Shown here: positions 62,504 to 64,000 of the stretch, one piece after another
Position numbering within the stretch: the first letter of the stretch is position 1
How the letters are laid out: each line of letters opens with the position of its first letter
Virus record (IMG/VR): IMGVR_UViG_3300050821_009835
Span: 124,001 to 188,000 of that record
DNA length: 64,000 nt
Reading direction: 5' to 3' (one strand)
Position numbers and translations under genes: made by a program
The notes under the pieces: model-generated
Database searches by the model: none
What the model was told of the DNA's origin: nothing
The model's input: only the letters and a program-made list of their open reading frames with translations

Positions 62504-63121
62504 TTACGAGACAGTTGGGGAAGAACTGCCAGGTAGGGGTCCAAATTTAGGTTTGGCCTTTTGTTTTGCTCTAATCTTTTCTATCACTGTCCAGGCTCTA
62601 GCTAGTTCTGCTTCTCCAGCTTCATTCATCTCTAACTTTTGGGCATTGCATAAAGCTGAAAGTGTGACCATGACGCCACCAACCTCTTGGAATTTTTCTC
62701 CCACAGGGCGATTAAAGACATAGTCCACTAATTTGTGCGCTTCTTCTTGAGTTGTTCCACAGGCCTGAACAAGTTCTAGGGCTTCCTCAAGGAATCTGTG
62801 ATTACGTTCCACTTTATCGGTTGCAATCTCTTTGCCGAAGCAAGCATACAACCAATCGCGAACTCTGTTTTGGTAAGATTGTTTCTGAATTGACATGACC
62901 ACAAAATTACTGGGCTGCATGGCTTGACAGGACGCGGCTATGTAGGGTACGCTGAGGAGGATCTCTCGTCCAGAATAGAGTTTTGTTGTGGGATCCCATT
63001 CTCTGAGTAATAATTCATCACCAACTTGGTACCCACGGTCGTTTTTGCGTACCTCGAAAGTTTTGGTACCGGATAAGATAGTGGTGAAATAGATAGGCCA
63101 GCATTTCAATTCATGTTTCAT
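62504..63121 (-). CDS. ASCH/DUF3850 domain fused to a MazG-like NTP-pyrophosphatase domain
   Basis: HELKCWP.YF...SGTKTFEVRKNDRGYQVGD.L.LREWD plus RFLEEALELVQ...QEVGGVMVTL. Confidence 0.75.
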   Translation of the reverse strand: MKHELKCWPIYFTTILSGTKTFEVRKNDRGYQVGDELLLREWDPTTKLYSGREILLSVPYIAASCQAMQPSNFVVMSIQKQSYQNRVRDWLYACFGKEIATDKVERNHRFLEEALELVQACGTTQEEAHKLVDYVFNRPVGEKFQEVGGVMVTLSALCNAQKLEMNEAGEAELARAWTVIEKIRAKQKAKPKFGPLPGSSSPTVS

Positions 63122-63161
63122 CCTGTTTAATACTCAGGTATTTAGACACCGCTAGTGAATC

Positions 63162-63674
63162 TTGGACTTACGGCTGTCAGCAACAGGTTGTATGGATGAA
63201 CTATTTGAAGTAAAACTCCTTAATTACACCTTTCGTTTCAAAAGACTTACATGGCGAGAGGAGTTTCTTATCAAATTTCCCAAAGGGAAGGATCAAACAA
63301 GGGTGTATCTTTCTCATGCACTTAAAGAAGTATCTGGCCTTTCGGTAGAAACGATTGAAGAAGCCACACGTATTTTGGAGGCTCTTCCATCAGCCATTTC
63401 TAGTCGAGTTTTTCGTATCTATAAAGGACAGATTCAACCCAATCAGAGATTTGAAACGGCAGCTTTGTACAAAGCCCCAGAACCCAATAAGTTCCGGGTG
63501 TTGCTACAAGACGATGAGACTGAGAAAGACGAACTTGCTGAGCGGGCGCGCATACGACTGGAACAGCAATTTGGTCATCGTGAAGTTGCCGCAGCCACGG
63601 CAGTAGATCTTCAGATTTTAAAGGCTTCTAAATTACGTGGAGCCATTAAGGCAAGTCCAGAAAATGTCTCTTAA
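63162..63674 (+). CDS. Hypothetical protein
   Basis: 170 aa. Confidence 0.5.
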   Translation: MDLRLSATGCMDELFEVKLLNYTFRFKRLTWREEFLIKFPKGKDQTRVYLSHALKEVSGLSVETIEEATRILEALPSAISSRVFRIYKGQIQPNQRFETAALYKAPEPNKFRVLLQDDETEKDELAERARIRLEQQFGHREVAAATAVDLQILKASKLRGAIKASPENVS

Positions 63675-64000
63675 AACCGAACCCGCTAAGACTGACTCCC
63701 AGGTTTTTGGCGCTGGGGTTAAGCTTCTTCGACCGCGTAATCAGAAGGAGAAGAACGCATTGAGTGTCTCTGGGGTAGATCTGATGCGTAAGATTAGCGA
63801 AGGTGTAGTTCCACAAGCTTCTACTGCGCAAATTTTAGAAGTGCGAACGGTGATCTCCAAAAATTGCGAAGAGTTGATTGAACAAGGAGCGCGTATTCGC
63901 CCGTTAATGTCGGGCAATAAACAGATTGGTTGGGTTCGAGGCTTGCACATTGTAGAACGGAAGCTTTTGCAAAGATGGATTTTTGATACCAATGAATTTC
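63664..64000 (+). CDS. Partial hypothetical protein running off the window
   Basis: MSLKTEP.. open to the window end; overlaps the previous stop. Confidence 0.45.
   Translation, partial: MSLKTEPAKTDSQVFGAGVKLLRPRNQKEKNALSVSGVDLMRKISEGVVPQASTAQILEVRTVISKNCEELIEQGARIRPLMSGNKQIGWVRGLHIVERKLLQRWIFDTNEF

Noticed and set aside
239-63992. Most short ORFs antisense to the long genes
   Set aside because: Shadow frames of real genes with no motifs or RBS
77-64000. Genome-wide TAG recoding (genetic code 15)
   Set aside because: TAG terminates about 20 plausible genes at natural junctions (RuvC, NrdJ, SET); only about 3 are in frame with the next gene; no CTA-anticodon tRNA was seen in this window

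Overview
A 64 kb piece of a large (jumbo-class) dsDNA phage genome, transcribed almost entirely from the minus strand. The host is probably an acidobacterium; this is inferred only from the ASH/Hydin Ig and GloVer-repeat secreted proteins. The layout is as follows. (i) 0.1-8.4 kb: virion/accessory genes with a papain-like peptidase and a glycosyltransferase-sulfotransferase fusion. (ii) 8.4-16.3 kb: tRNA cluster 1 (14 tRNAs, mainly Met/Pro/Leu) mixed with homing endonucleases, SET and NADAR genes and several structured non-coding islands, one of them 6S-like. (iii) 16.5-35.6 kb: nucleotide metabolism, recombination and replication (SbcD, an N-terminal SbcC half, dCMP deaminase, RecA, RuvC, DnaQ, SSB, HU, DinG, MazG-like proteins). 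(iv) 35.7-42 kb: fibre-like proteins carrying Sec signal peptides. (v) 45.1-50.8 kb: tRNA cluster 2 (12 tRNAs, 11 reading GNN codons) with a phage RNase P RNA lacking P13/P14, two circularly permuted tRNA-like (YrlA/Y-RNA-like) RNAs sharing an unexplained 3' domain, and about 1.3 kb of further structured RNA, including a ~1 kb element with an embedded tRNA-Ala. (vi) 51-58 kb: class II RNR, a replication initiator with iteron-like repeats, and a DnaB-like helicase. (vii) 58-61 kb: a thymine hypermodification cassette (PLP enzyme, amino acid:DNA transferase, 5hmU kinase). The RNA-rich clusters are the most unusual part. All calls come from manual motif reading and hand base-pairing; no searches or folding programs were run. 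Several homopolymer frameshifts suggest some assembly error.
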